Source of the DNA: Candidatus Kaiserbacteria bacterium CG10_big_fil_rev_8_21_14_0_10_49_17
Lineage (GTDB): Bacteria; Patescibacteriota; Minisyncoccia; Phycocordibacterales; JABMNX01
DNA: 19,407 nt
Assembly: GCA_002778575.1 (NCBI GenBank)
Contig: PFBJ01000019.1
Location: 773 to 20,179 of the forward strand
Direction of reading: 5' to 3'
The notes below the pieces were generated by a model. It did not search any database. It saw nothing but the letters and a program-made list of their open reading frames with translations, and had not been told where the DNA came from. Shown here in pieces: positions 8,995-16,048 of this stretch. Every line of letters starts with the position of its first letter. Position 1 is the first letter of the stretch. Made by a program: the position numbers and the translations under genes.

Positions 8995-9299
8995 TACTGC
9001 TCTCCCAAGTGGTGCAACAGAGGGGCTGTCGTTCAGCCACCTGGCGGGACCATCGCAGCGGATGCTGTTCGACAGCCCTTCGCCACCTGTTCTTTAAATA
9101 CATTTTCTCTCGTACACCACCGGCGCCCACGCACCCCGACCCCCCGCCGATGGTGCACCCGGCCAGCCTAAGAGCACCCCCCCTCTTACGCTTGGCCCGC
9201 TGTCGGAACCTCCCTAGTTGCGTCCCCGCGCTACGGAAGCCTGGACCACCGGCAGCACCGGGCCGGCGCGCCAACACGCGCCGGTCCTTTTCCTTTTTT
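8995..9299 (+). ncRNA. Unidentified structured RNA, about 300 nt, GC-rich, bounded by its own promoter and terminator
   Basis: GC-rich island well above its surroundings. No ORF with protein-like composition in any frame (the 105-111 aa ORFs here are Pro/Arg/Ala-rich low-complexity artefacts). Long-range helix gggctgtcg(9023-9031)/cgacagccc(9071-9079). Strong promoter and terminator. Family not assignable by eye. Confidence 0.5.
9260..9299 (+). terminator. Intrinsic terminator: 11-bp GC stem GGGCCGGCGCG-ccaaca-CGCGCCGGTCC, then ttttccttttttg
   Basis: Read directly from the sequence. One G-U wobble in the stem. Confidence 0.75.
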
Positions 9300-9307
9300 G
9301 CACTTTT

Positions 9308-9337
9308 AATCAACTTAGTCATATGACTAAGTTGATT
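9308..9337. promoter_or_regulatory. Perfect 30-bp AT-rich palindrome aatcaacttagtcat|atgactaagttgatt, a candidate dimeric-protein operator
   Basis: 15/15 perfect inverted repeat centred on CATATG. Lies between the terminator of the first RNA and the promoter of the second. Confidence 0.45.
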
Positions 9338-9395
9338 CGGTCACCTACCAAAATTGGCTCTCTTTATGGAGTATTTTTGAAGTAGTAAAAGGTAC

Positions 9396-9423
9396 TTGAC
9401 AAATTTTATATATATGATAGTAT
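9396..9423 (+). promoter_or_regulatory. Sigma70-like promoter TTGACA-N16-TAGTAT, preceded by an AT-rich UP-like region
   Basis: TTGACA at 9396-9401, TAGTAT at 9418-9423. TSS about 9430. Confidence 0.55.
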
Positions 9424-9429
9424 TTTACT

Positions 9430-9767
9430 ACCCTGCGGAGAACGGCACGCCTAAATGGTGCTCCGTCGCCCGAGGGTATAGTGCCGGTTCGCATTGCCGG
9501 CGAATAATAAATTAAAATGAGGACCGCACGTTATGGGTACGTGTATGGAACTCGATGAGGGGCTGAGGGAGCCCACAGACTGACACATGATCTTTATGTC
9601 GCCCCGCAACGGCGACGCCGCATTGAGGGAAAAAGGGCGAGCCTCTGAATTCCGGTATGCCTTAAAGCTACACGCTTTAGGATGTACGGCATACACGCCA
9701 CCGCCGAGCGCCCCTCGAAACGCATAGGCGAGATCAAAGAGCCCAAATCTTGGGCTCTTTTCTTTTT
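9430..9767 (+). ncRNA. Second unidentified structured RNA of about 340 nt. Alternatively a long structured leader/attenuator of rpsA
   Basis: GC-rich. Only tiny ORFs. Begins after its own promoter and ends at a strong terminator 140 nt upstream of the rpsA ATG. Several local hairpins, e.g. GCCGG-uucgcauug-CCGGC at 9486-9504. Confidence 0.45.
9737..9767 (+). terminator. Intrinsic terminator: 10-bp stem AAGAGCCCAA-atc-TTGGGCTCTT, then ttctttttg
   Basis: Read directly. Confidence 0.75.
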
Positions 9768-9789
9768 GTATATATTTTGTATAGTGCAT

Positions 9790-9807
9790 ATGCTCCGTAC
9801 GGAGCAT
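9790..9807. promoter_or_regulatory. Perfect 18-bp palindrome atgctccgtacggagcat immediately after a TATAGT -10-like box (9780-9785), in the rpsA upstream region. A second hairpin atctgc-caaaaa-gcagat lies at 9819-9836
   Basis: Read directly. Could be an operator, an RNA hairpin in the rpsA 5'UTR, or both. Confidence 0.4.
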
Positions 9808-9908
9808 TTATTAACCACATCTGCCAAAAAGCAGATACGGTACGGGCTAACACTGCACTTGCTACAGCTACGAGAAATACATGCAGAACCCGACCGCTTT
9901 TTCTATTT

Positions 9909-11045
9909 ATGGACACAGATAAAACGAAAGAAAGAGAAGAAACAGTAGAGACCACCGAGGAGGAAGTTTCAAAAAAGAAACGGGAGTCATTCCTTGGGAC
10001 CCTACTTGAAAGTGGACCGACTCCCCCATCTGAGGGCGACCTCGTCGAGGGGCCGGTTATTGCTATCGAGCGCTCACGCGTCTACATCGATCTGCCGCCA
10101 TTCGGCACCGGTATTATTTACGGCAAGGAATTTATGAGTGCGCGCGATATTCTCCGAAAGGTGAATGTCGGTGACACTATTGCCGCTAAAGTCATCGACA
10201 CTGAGAACGAAGACGGCTACATTGAGGTCTCGCTTAAAGAAGCGCGCCAGGCGCTTATCTGGGCTGAAGCCGAAGATGTAATGAGCAACAAAAAGACCCT
10301 TGAACTTCCCGTGAAGGAAGCGAACAAGGGCGGTCTTATTATTGAATGGCAAGGTATTCAGGGGTTTCTCCCAGCGTCACAGCTCGGCCCTGAGCACTAC
10401 CCGCGTGTCGAGGACGGTGACAAAGACCGTATTCTTGATGAATTGAAAAAACTTGTCGGAGAAAAACTCTCCCTCTCAATCATTACTGCAGATCCAAAAG
10501 AGAACAAACTTATTTTCTCCGAAAAGGGGGCAGACCAAAAAGAGCGCGCTGAAATGATAGACCGGTACAGCATCGGTGACGAACTTGTAGGAGAGGTGAC
10601 CGGCGCGGTTGACTTTGGCATCTTCGTAAAACTGCAGGAAGGGCTCGAAGGGCTTGTGCATATATCTGAAATTGACTGGGCGCTTGTTGAGGATCCTCGT
10701 TCGCTCTACCGTGTTGGAGATACGGTGAAAGTGAAAATTATTGAGATAAAGGACGGCAAAATTTCACTTTCCATTAAAGCGCTCCGTGAAAATCCATGGA
10801 AGAGCGCGTCGGAGAAATACAAGAAAGATGCACGAGTGAAAGGAGTTATCATCAAGTACAACAAGCACGGCGCACTTGCCTCAATCGAAGAAGGTGTTGC
10901 GGGGCTTGTGCACATCTCTGAATTTGAAGACGAGCAGGAATTGCGCAACACACTTGAACTTGGGCGTACCTACGACTTCGTGATTACTCTTTTTGAGCCG
11001 GATGAACAGCGCATGACGCTTTCATACAAACAGGCACAAGAATAG
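9909..11045 (+). CDS. rpsA: 30S ribosomal protein S1, short four-S1-domain form
   Basis: Repeated S1/OB motifs (GDLVEGPVIAIERSRVYIDL..., GDTVKVKIIEIKDGKISLSIKA, GVIIKYNKHGALASIEEGVAGLVHISEF). Acidic N-terminus. Start taken at the first ATG (9909) after the upstream terminator and promoter; the ORF-track start at 9750 is a TTG inside the terminator. Confidence 0.75.
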   Translation: MDTDKTKEREETVETTEEEVSKKKRESFLGTLLESGPTPPSEGDLVEGPVIAIERSRVYIDLPPFGTGIIYGKEFMSARDILRKVNVGDTIAAKVIDTENEDGYIEVSLKEARQALIWAEAEDVMSNKKTLELPVKEANKGGLIIEWQGIQGFLPASQLGPEHYPRVEDGDKDRILDELKKLVGEKLSLSIITADPKENKLIFSEKGADQKERAEMIDRYSIGDELVGEVTGAVDFGIFVKLQEGLEGLVHISEIDWALVEDPRSLYRVGDTVKVKIIEIKDGKISLSIKALRENPWKSASEKYKKDARVKGVIIKYNKHGALASIEEGVAGLVHISEFEDEQELRNTLELGRTYDFVITLFEPDEQRMTLSYKQAQE

Positions 11046-11061
11046 ACTACCAACCTAAAAA

Positions 11062-11097
11062 AAGAGAAGCCGCCACGCTGTGGCGGCTTCTCTTTTT
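11062..11097 (+). terminator. Intrinsic terminator after rpsA: 14-bp stem agagaagccgccac-gct-gtggcggcttctct, then TTTTTT
   Basis: Read directly. Confidence 0.8.
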
Positions 11098-11149
11098 TAT
11101 AAATCTCTGTTAGCGTCTTTTCAGGCAAGCATGAGAAGAGAGGTGTGAG

Positions 11150-11602
11150 ATGGTCCACGCAATAATCGCTGGGAGTACCCAGTTTCACTGGCCAACAATG
11201 GAGGAGTGCACAAGCCCTCTTTCCGCGGCCGAAGAACAGGAAATTCTTGAACGAATACACTGCTACCGGCGCATCAATGATATAAGCAAAAAACGCATTG
11301 CTGCACTTTTTGAAAAAACTGAGGCAATGACGGTTCAGGCAGAAGTGCTCTTTGAAAGCCCTCTGCCGCAGTACGAACAGCACGAACTTGAGGCGATTGA
11401 AGAGTTTGCCCGTAAGTGGCTTAACCCGCACCTTATTGCAATACGAGCACCATTCGTGTTGTGGGTACACACCGAAGGCTTGTTGCGCTGCTGGATTCAC
11501 GAAACGCGTGCCTACCGGTATGTAAATTTTATCGGCTTCATCGCACCTCTCGGTATCTCTGACAAAGAATCACTTACCCTTCTGGGATGGCCCTCCACAT
11601 GA
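11150..11602 (+). CDS. Hypothetical protein, 150 aa, no recognisable domain
   Basis: SD AGAGGTG 6 nt upstream of the ATG. The stop codon lies in the loop of the terminator hairpin at 11589-11613. Protein-like composition. Confidence 0.5.
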   Translation: MVHAIIAGSTQFHWPTMEECTSPLSAAEEQEILERIHCYRRINDISKKRIAALFEKTEAMTVQAEVLFESPLPQYEQHELEAIEEFARKWLNPHLIAIRAPFVLWVHTEGLLRCWIHETRAYRYVNFIGFIAPLGISDKESLTLLGWPST

Positions 11603-11613
11603 GGGCCTTTTTT
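11589..11613 (+). terminator. Intrinsic terminator GGCCCTC-cacat-GAGGGCC, then TTTTTT. Shared region with the convergent pth gene
   Basis: Read directly. TGA of the upstream ORF sits in the loop. Confidence 0.6.
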
Positions 11614-11632
11614 ATGCTCTACTTTATTTTAC

Positions 11633-12223
11633 TTAATTAAACTGATTCATTGCATTCATCCTTCCCTCTTTTATGAGCGCCGCGATCGCATCACTTGCGG
11701 TCTTTGTAATGCCGCTCAGTTTCTTTTTCTCAGTTGGTGTGAACGGCTTGAGTATAAAATCGAGGACTTTGTGCTCGCCTTTTGGTTTTTTCACCTTTCC
11801 TGCGGCTGTCCTCGGCGAGATACCGATACGCAGCCGTACGAAATCTTTACTCTTCACTGCTTTCATAATGCTCTCGACGCCTCTGTGGCCTCCGGATGAG
11901 CGTCCGAATGAAATTTTCATGCTCCCGAATCCGATATCAAGCTCGTCGTAAACGACAATGAGTCGCTGTGCGGCCTTCGCGCTCTTTACATACGCCCCGA
12001 CACTCTTTCCTGACGCATTCATAAACGTCTCCGGCAAGAGAAGGACAACAGAGTGCCCACCGATCTTCCCTTTTGAAACAAGTGCGTCGCTTTTTTTCTC
12101 ATACTCCCATTCTGAAAAGTCGTACTGCTTTGCGAATTGCTCGAGCACCATGCGCCCGGCATTGTGCCGTGTGTCCGCGTATTCCTCTCCGGGGTTTCCA
12201 AGTCCCACCACTACACATGTCAT
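11633..12223 (-). CDS. pth: Peptidyl-tRNA hydrolase
   Basis: N-terminal VVGLGNPGEEYADTRHNAG and active-site His region typical of bacterial Pth. 196 aa. Confidence 0.93.
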   Translation of the reverse strand: MTCVVVGLGNPGEEYADTRHNAGRMVLEQFAKQYDFSEWEYEKKSDALVSKGKIGGHSVVLLLPETFMNASGKSVGAYVKSAKAAQRLIVVYDELDIGFGSMKISFGRSSGGHRGVESIMKAVKSKDFVRLRIGISPRTAAGKVKKPKGEHKVLDFILKPFTPTEKKKLSGITKTASDAIAALIKEGRMNAMNQFN

Positions 12224-12274
12224 GCAGAAAGTGTACTACAAAACAAAAATAATGTGCATGACACGCACTTTCGT

Positions 12275-12303
12275 ATTGTGTCAATGCGGCACTTCAAGTA
12301 CAA
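12275..12303 (+). promoter_or_regulatory. Promoter TTGTGT-N17-TACAAT for lepB. The ATG is 10 nt after the -10, implying a leaderless or near-leaderless mRNA
   Basis: Read directly. No SD before the ATG at 12314. Confidence 0.45.
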
Positions 12304-12313
12304 TTCTTCCAAT

Positions 12314-12889
12314 ATGGACACTCCCATTGAGCGTAATGAGAATTTTTTCGTTGAAATTCTGAAATTTTCTCTCATTGCGCTCCTTATTGTTGTTCCAATC
12401 CGTTTTTTTATAGCCCAACCATTCGTTGTCTCCGGCGCGTCCATGTCTCCTGCTTTTGAGGACGGTGAGTACCTTGTTATTGACCAGCTTTCGTACCGCT
12501 TTAATGAACCGCAGCGCGGAGATGTTGTTATTTTTCGCTACCCGCGCGACCCGCGAACCTACTTTATCAAGCGCATCGTCGGCCTTCCCGGAGAGAGTCT
12601 TGAAATGAGCGGGAAAACCCTCTACGTGCGAAATGATGAGAATCCAGATGGGTTTGCTCTCAGCGAGCCGTACATTGCAAAGGAAAATGAACAAGGTAAT
12701 TTTTTCTCTGTTACCTTAGCTGATGATGAGTACTTTGTCCTCGGGGATAACCGTGCCGCAAGTTCCGATTCGCGGGTGTGGGGGCCGCTCAATGAACAGT
12801 ACCTTATCGGCCGTTCCTTCCTGCGCCTTATTCCGCTTACACACATCGGTATCCTGCCCGGCGATTACCGTAACGCCTACACACAATGA
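12314..12889 (+). CDS. lepB: Signal peptidase I
   Basis: N-terminal TM anchor, catalytic Ser box SGASMSPAF, Lys box region, and GDNRAASSDSRVWGPL box E. Start trimmed to the ATG at 12314 (MDTPIERN...); the longer ORF would run through the pth divergent region. Confidence 0.85.
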   Translation: MDTPIERNENFFVEILKFSLIALLIVVPIRFFIAQPFVVSGASMSPAFEDGEYLVIDQLSYRFNEPQRGDVVIFRYPRDPRTYFIKRIVGLPGESLEMSGKTLYVRNDENPDGFALSEPYIAKENEQGNFFSVTLADDEYFVLGDNRAASSDSRVWGPLNEQYLIGRSFLRLIPLTHIGILPGDYRNAYTQ

Positions 12890-14037
12890 TTCTGCTTGGT
12901 AACAATATGAAAAGCTCCGATGAGTACGTGCGACAGGCTATTGCTGTTGCCCGGTACTACGGTTTTCTCCCTGTTGAAGCAGTGCTCCCGACATGTAAAT
13001 TGACACGCCGTCTTCCGGCACCGATTCCATCGAGCGAGAAAGCAGATAAAGAGTTCGCCGCAATTATGTATTCCTATATTGAAAACGGGTACGCGAAACT
13101 CTCCCAGCCGTCACTCCTTTACCATTACACTGAAAATCCGGACTCCATTTCTTTTGGCCTCCAGGTGCTCGGGTCAGGCAAAAGTATTGCCGAGGCAATT
13201 TTACTTAAGACGGCACTTGCCATTCTCGCTGAAACGAACACACCTAAAACCTGTGTGTACATAAACGGCATTGGCGACAGAGACTCAATGCAGCGTTTCT
13301 CGCGAGACCTCACCGCTTACTTACGGAAAAATATTGAAGACATCCCTTCGCACGCTCGTCAGCTCATGAAAAAAGACCCTATTGCAGCATACCGCGACAT
13401 GCTCCGCAAGCGGCACGACATCGCGCTGCGCGCGCCAAACACAATTCAATTTTTAACTGAAGCAAGTCGAAGCCATTTACGTGAAGTACTGGAGTATCTC
13501 GAGGTCGCGGGCGTCCCGTACGAGCTTGATACGAATCTCGTCGGCTACCAAGACTGCCACACGCGCACATTCTTTGAGGTCCGCGAGCAGAATGAGAATG
13601 AAGACGATGAGCAAACGATTTTTGCCCGCGGCGGACGCTTTGACGAACTGGGGAAACGTTCCTTTAAGACTGAAGTACCTGCAGTAAATGTCACTTTGAC
13701 TATTGAAAAGAAAGGGCGCATGAGTAAGAAATCCCTTGAACCGAAGCAGCAGCGAAAACCAAAAGTGTGTTTTATTCAGCTTGGTTTTGATGCGAAACTG
13801 CGGGCGCTTAATGTGATTGAGGAGCTCCGTCTCTCGAAAGTTCCAGTCTACCAAGCACTTGGGCACGAGCGGCTCACCGACCAGCTCGCGCTTGCTGAAG
13901 AGATGCACATTCCCTACGCAGTCATTATGGGGCAGAAAGAGGCGCTCGAAAACGCAGTTATCGTCCGCAACCTCGACACTCGCTCCCAGCAGACGGTTCC
14001 AATCACCATGCTGCCGCAGCACCTCAAGGCCCTCTAA
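12886..14037 (+). CDS. Histidyl-tRNA synthetase-like protein with degenerate catalytic core; anticodon-binding domain retained
   Basis: Matches HisRS in the motif-1 region (YYGFLPVEAVLP), FGLQ...insertion domain, motif 3 GGRFD and a clear class-IIa C-terminal anticodon-binding domain (KVCFIQLGFDAKL...AVIMGQKEALENAVIVRNLDTRSQQTV). The segment that should hold the histidine-binding loop (LRPEGT) and motif-2 arginines (FRHERPQKGRYRQF) is about 30 aa shorter and non-conserved (KLSQPSLLYHYTENPDS). ATGA overlap with lepB. Confidence 0.65.
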   Translation: MILLGNNMKSSDEYVRQAIAVARYYGFLPVEAVLPTCKLTRRLPAPIPSSEKADKEFAAIMYSYIENGYAKLSQPSLLYHYTENPDSISFGLQVLGSGKSIAEAILLKTALAILAETNTPKTCVYINGIGDRDSMQRFSRDLTAYLRKNIEDIPSHARQLMKKDPIAAYRDMLRKRHDIALRAPNTIQFLTEASRSHLREVLEYLEVAGVPYELDTNLVGYQDCHTRTFFEVREQNENEDDEQTIFARGGRFDELGKRSFKTEVPAVNVTLTIEKKGRMSKKSLEPKQQRKPKVCFIQLGFDAKLRALNVIEELRLSKVPVYQALGHERLTDQLALAEEMHIPYAVIMGQKEALENAVIVRNLDTRSQQTVPITMLPQHLKAL

Positions 14038-14038
14038 C

Positions 14039-14067
14039 TTGCCATAGGAGACTCTCTATGCTATGGT
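14039..14067 (+). promoter_or_regulatory. Promoter TTGCCA-N17-TATGGT with the rpsU ATG 8 nt downstream (leaderless arrangement)
   Basis: Read directly. No SD. Confidence 0.4.
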
Positions 14068-14075
14068 GACCCGCA

Positions 14076-14321
14076 ATGATTAATATAGAAGTAGAAAAAG
14101 GAGGCACCGAAAATACGCAAAGCTTGATGCGTCGTTTTTCAAAGCGCATGCAAGGCTCGCGCATTATGCCTCGCATGCGTAAAATTCGCTTCTATTCCCG
14201 ACCTGCGTCTCCGGCGCTTAAAAAGCGCCAAGCGCTTCGAAAGCTCGAGCGTCGAGCAGAATACGAGAAACAACTAAAACTAGGTAAGGTTGTCGAAGGG
14301 CGCCGCGGGTCCCGTCGCTAA
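14076..14321 (+). CDS. rpsU: 30S ribosomal protein S21
   Basis: 81 aa, very basic, FSKRMQ...RKIRFYSRPS...KKR pattern characteristic of bS21. Confidence 0.8.
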   Translation: MINIEVEKGGTENTQSLMRRFSKRMQGSRIMPRMRKIRFYSRPASPALKKRQALRKLERRAEYEKQLKLGKVVEGRRGSRR

Positions 14322-14704
14322 TGGCAGAACTCTCCATTCGAAACACCACTCGGCAGTCGCTTCCGCGGCTGCCGTTTGCGCGCATGAAGGATTCGGTACT
14401 CGGGAAGACGTACGACCTTTCACTCGTATTCATTGGAGCGACGCGCGCTCGCCGACTCAATGTAGAGACACGAGGCAAAGACTATGTTCCTACTGTACTC
14501 TCATTTCCTCTCTCAAAGGAGAGCGGAGAAATTTTTATCTGTCTTTCAAAAGCACTTCAAGAGGCGCCCGCATACGGAAAAACACCGAGTCAGTTTATTG
14601 GATACCTCTTTATCCACGGACTGTTGCATTTGGACGGGCTCACACACGGTAGTACAATGGACAAATCGGAGCAGATGTTGTCGAAGAAGTTCGATTTGAA
14701 TTAA
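14321..14704 (+). CDS. ybeY: Endoribonuclease YbeY (rRNA maturation factor)
   Basis: Zinc-binding motif HGLLHLDGLTH (H-x3-H-x5-H) and VLSFPL motif. 1-nt TAATG overlap with rpsU. Confidence 0.85.
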   Translation: MAELSIRNTTRQSLPRLPFARMKDSVLGKTYDLSLVFIGATRARRLNVETRGKDYVPTVLSFPLSKESGEIFICLSKALQEAPAYGKTPSQFIGYLFIHGLLHLDGLTHGSTMDKSEQMLSKKFDLN

Positions 14705-14737
14705 CAGTACCTTCTATATCTCTTCGGAGCTCCGTGC

Positions 14738-14764
14738 GAAAACCGGATGCGTGGTTTTCTTTTT
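14738..14764 (+). terminator. Intrinsic terminator GAAAACC-ggatgcgt-GGTTTTC, then ttttg, 8 nt before ftsA
   Basis: Read directly. A 10-bp palindrome cggagctccg (14725-14734) lies just upstream. Confidence 0.55.
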
Positions 14765-14772
14765 GAGTTGTT

Positions 14773-15939
14773 ATGGCACGAAATATTATCACCGGCATAG
14801 ATATCGGCACCTACACTGTGAAGGTTGTTATTGCCGAGCATGTGCGCGGCAAGGATAAGAATTTCCCGCAGATTATCGGCACCGGAATGTCTGAGAGCAA
14901 AGGCATGCGCCACGGCTATATTGTCGGGACACAGGACGTGCGAAAGAGCATTCGCGCCGCTCTCTCGCAGGCAGAGAAAATGGCTGGGGTAAAAGTAAAA
15001 GCCGCCTACGTTGCGTTCGGCGGTGTCGGCCTCGATGAGGTGCACGCGAAGGGCGAGGTTATTATCTCTCGCGCGGACCTTGAGGTGGTTGATCTGGATA
15101 TAAAGAAAGCGCTTGAGGACAGCGTCGAGAAGGCGGCGCAGAAAGTTATAAATAGAAAAATTATTCATGAAATCCCGCTCGGATTTCGACTTGACGGAAC
15201 GCGCGTACTTGGGCGGCCTGTCGGAATGCACGGAAGCAAACTTGAGGCAGATGTCCTCTTTATCACCGCACTTGAACAGCACCTGCAGGATTTAATCCAT
15301 TGCGTCGAGGACGCGGGCGTCGAGGTTATTGATGTTATGGCTTCCCCTATCGCAGCGGGCCTTGTATCGCTTACCAAAGCGCAAAAGAAAGCCGGCTGCG
15401 TGCTGGCGAATATCGGCTCCGAGACAGTCTCTATTGTTGTCTTTGAAGATTCAATTCCGGTGTCATTGAAAGTCTTTCCTATCGGCTCCACTGACATCAC
15501 GAACGACATCGCATTGGGGTTAAAGGTTTCGCTCGATGAAGCAGAACAAATCAAACGAGGCGCTCTAACCTCGACTCCGGTATCAAAAAAGAAGCTCGAT
15601 GACATTATTGACGCACGGCTGAAAGATATTTTCGAGCTTGTTGACAAGCACTTGCAGAGCATCGGGAAAAACGGACTCCTCCCTGCTGGGATTATTATTA
15701 CCGGCGGCGGTTCGGGCGCTACCTCCATTGAGGACTTGGCGAAAGCGGCGCTGCGACTCCCATCGCAAATTGCGGCCACTCGGACACTTGGCAAAACAAA
15801 AATTAAGGACGCCTCGTGGGCGGTTGCCTACGGGCTCACTATCTGGGGGCTCACCGCAGACGAAGAGCCGGCCGGACTGCAACTAACGCGCAGTGCCGGT
15901 GGGAAGTTCCTGTCTCTCCTCAAACAATTCCTCCCTTAG
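14773..15939 (+). CDS. ftsA: Cell division protein FtsA (actin-like ATPase)
   Basis: N-terminal IITGIDIGTYTVKVVIAE phosphate-1 motif, IGTGMSESKGMRHGYIVG, GGG motifs. 388 aa. Immediately upstream of ftsZ. Confidence 0.93.
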   Translation: MARNIITGIDIGTYTVKVVIAEHVRGKDKNFPQIIGTGMSESKGMRHGYIVGTQDVRKSIRAALSQAEKMAGVKVKAAYVAFGGVGLDEVHAKGEVIISRADLEVVDLDIKKALEDSVEKAAQKVINRKIIHEIPLGFRLDGTRVLGRPVGMHGSKLEADVLFITALEQHLQDLIHCVEDAGVEVIDVMASPIAAGLVSLTKAQKKAGCVLANIGSETVSIVVFEDSIPVSLKVFPIGSTDITNDIALGLKVSLDEAEQIKRGALTSTPVSKKKLDDIIDARLKDIFELVDKHLQSIGKNGLLPAGIIITGGGSGATSIEDLAKAALRLPSQIAATRTLGKTKIKDASWAVAYGLTIWGLTADEEPAGLQLTRSAGGKFLSLLKQFLP

Positions 15940-15961
15940 CACTACACCACAACATTGCCAC

Positions 15962-15998
15962 GAGCTCTTGCAGTAGCTCTTTTTTTGTTTTCTGCTTT
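15962..15998 (+). terminator. Weak hairpin (5-bp stem GAGCT/AGCTC) plus T-run between ftsA and ftsZ. Possible attenuator
   Basis: Read directly. The stem is short, so termination efficiency is doubtful. Confidence 0.3.
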
Positions 15999-16048
15999 GA
16001 AACAAAATAAAAAAATGTCAACTGCTTTCTTTTTCAAAACCCCCTGTT

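Noticed and set aside
9160-9180. RNase P-like fragments: GGTGCACC...TAAGAGCACC at 9160-9178 and GUGCAACAGAG at 9013-9023
   Set aside because: The universally conserved P4 sequences GGAAAGUCCGGGC and ACAGAACCCGGCUUA are absent, so the partial resemblances are not enough to call rnpB.
9011-9227. tmRNA-like 5' motif GGGGACGCAACUAGGGAGGUUCCGACAG on the minus strand, and GGGGCUG on the plus strand at 9022
   Set aside because: No matching acceptor 3' strand plus ACCA, no T-arm, no tag-peptide reading frame ending in ALAA-like codons, and no minus-strand promoter. Left as a note inside the ncRNA finding rather than called as ssrA.
8987-9326. ORFs of 105-111 aa on both strands inside the GC-rich island (9009-9326 + and 8987-9322 -)
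   Set aside because: Pro/Arg/Ala/Gly-rich composition unlike any real protein in the window. They are artefacts of high GC. The region is better explained as structured RNA.
9750-9908. ORF-track N-terminal extension of rpsA starting at 9750
   Set aside because: It starts at a TTG inside the terminator hairpin and encodes a junk peptide (MGSFLFVYILYSAYAPYGAF...). The first ATG with S1-like sequence is at 9909.
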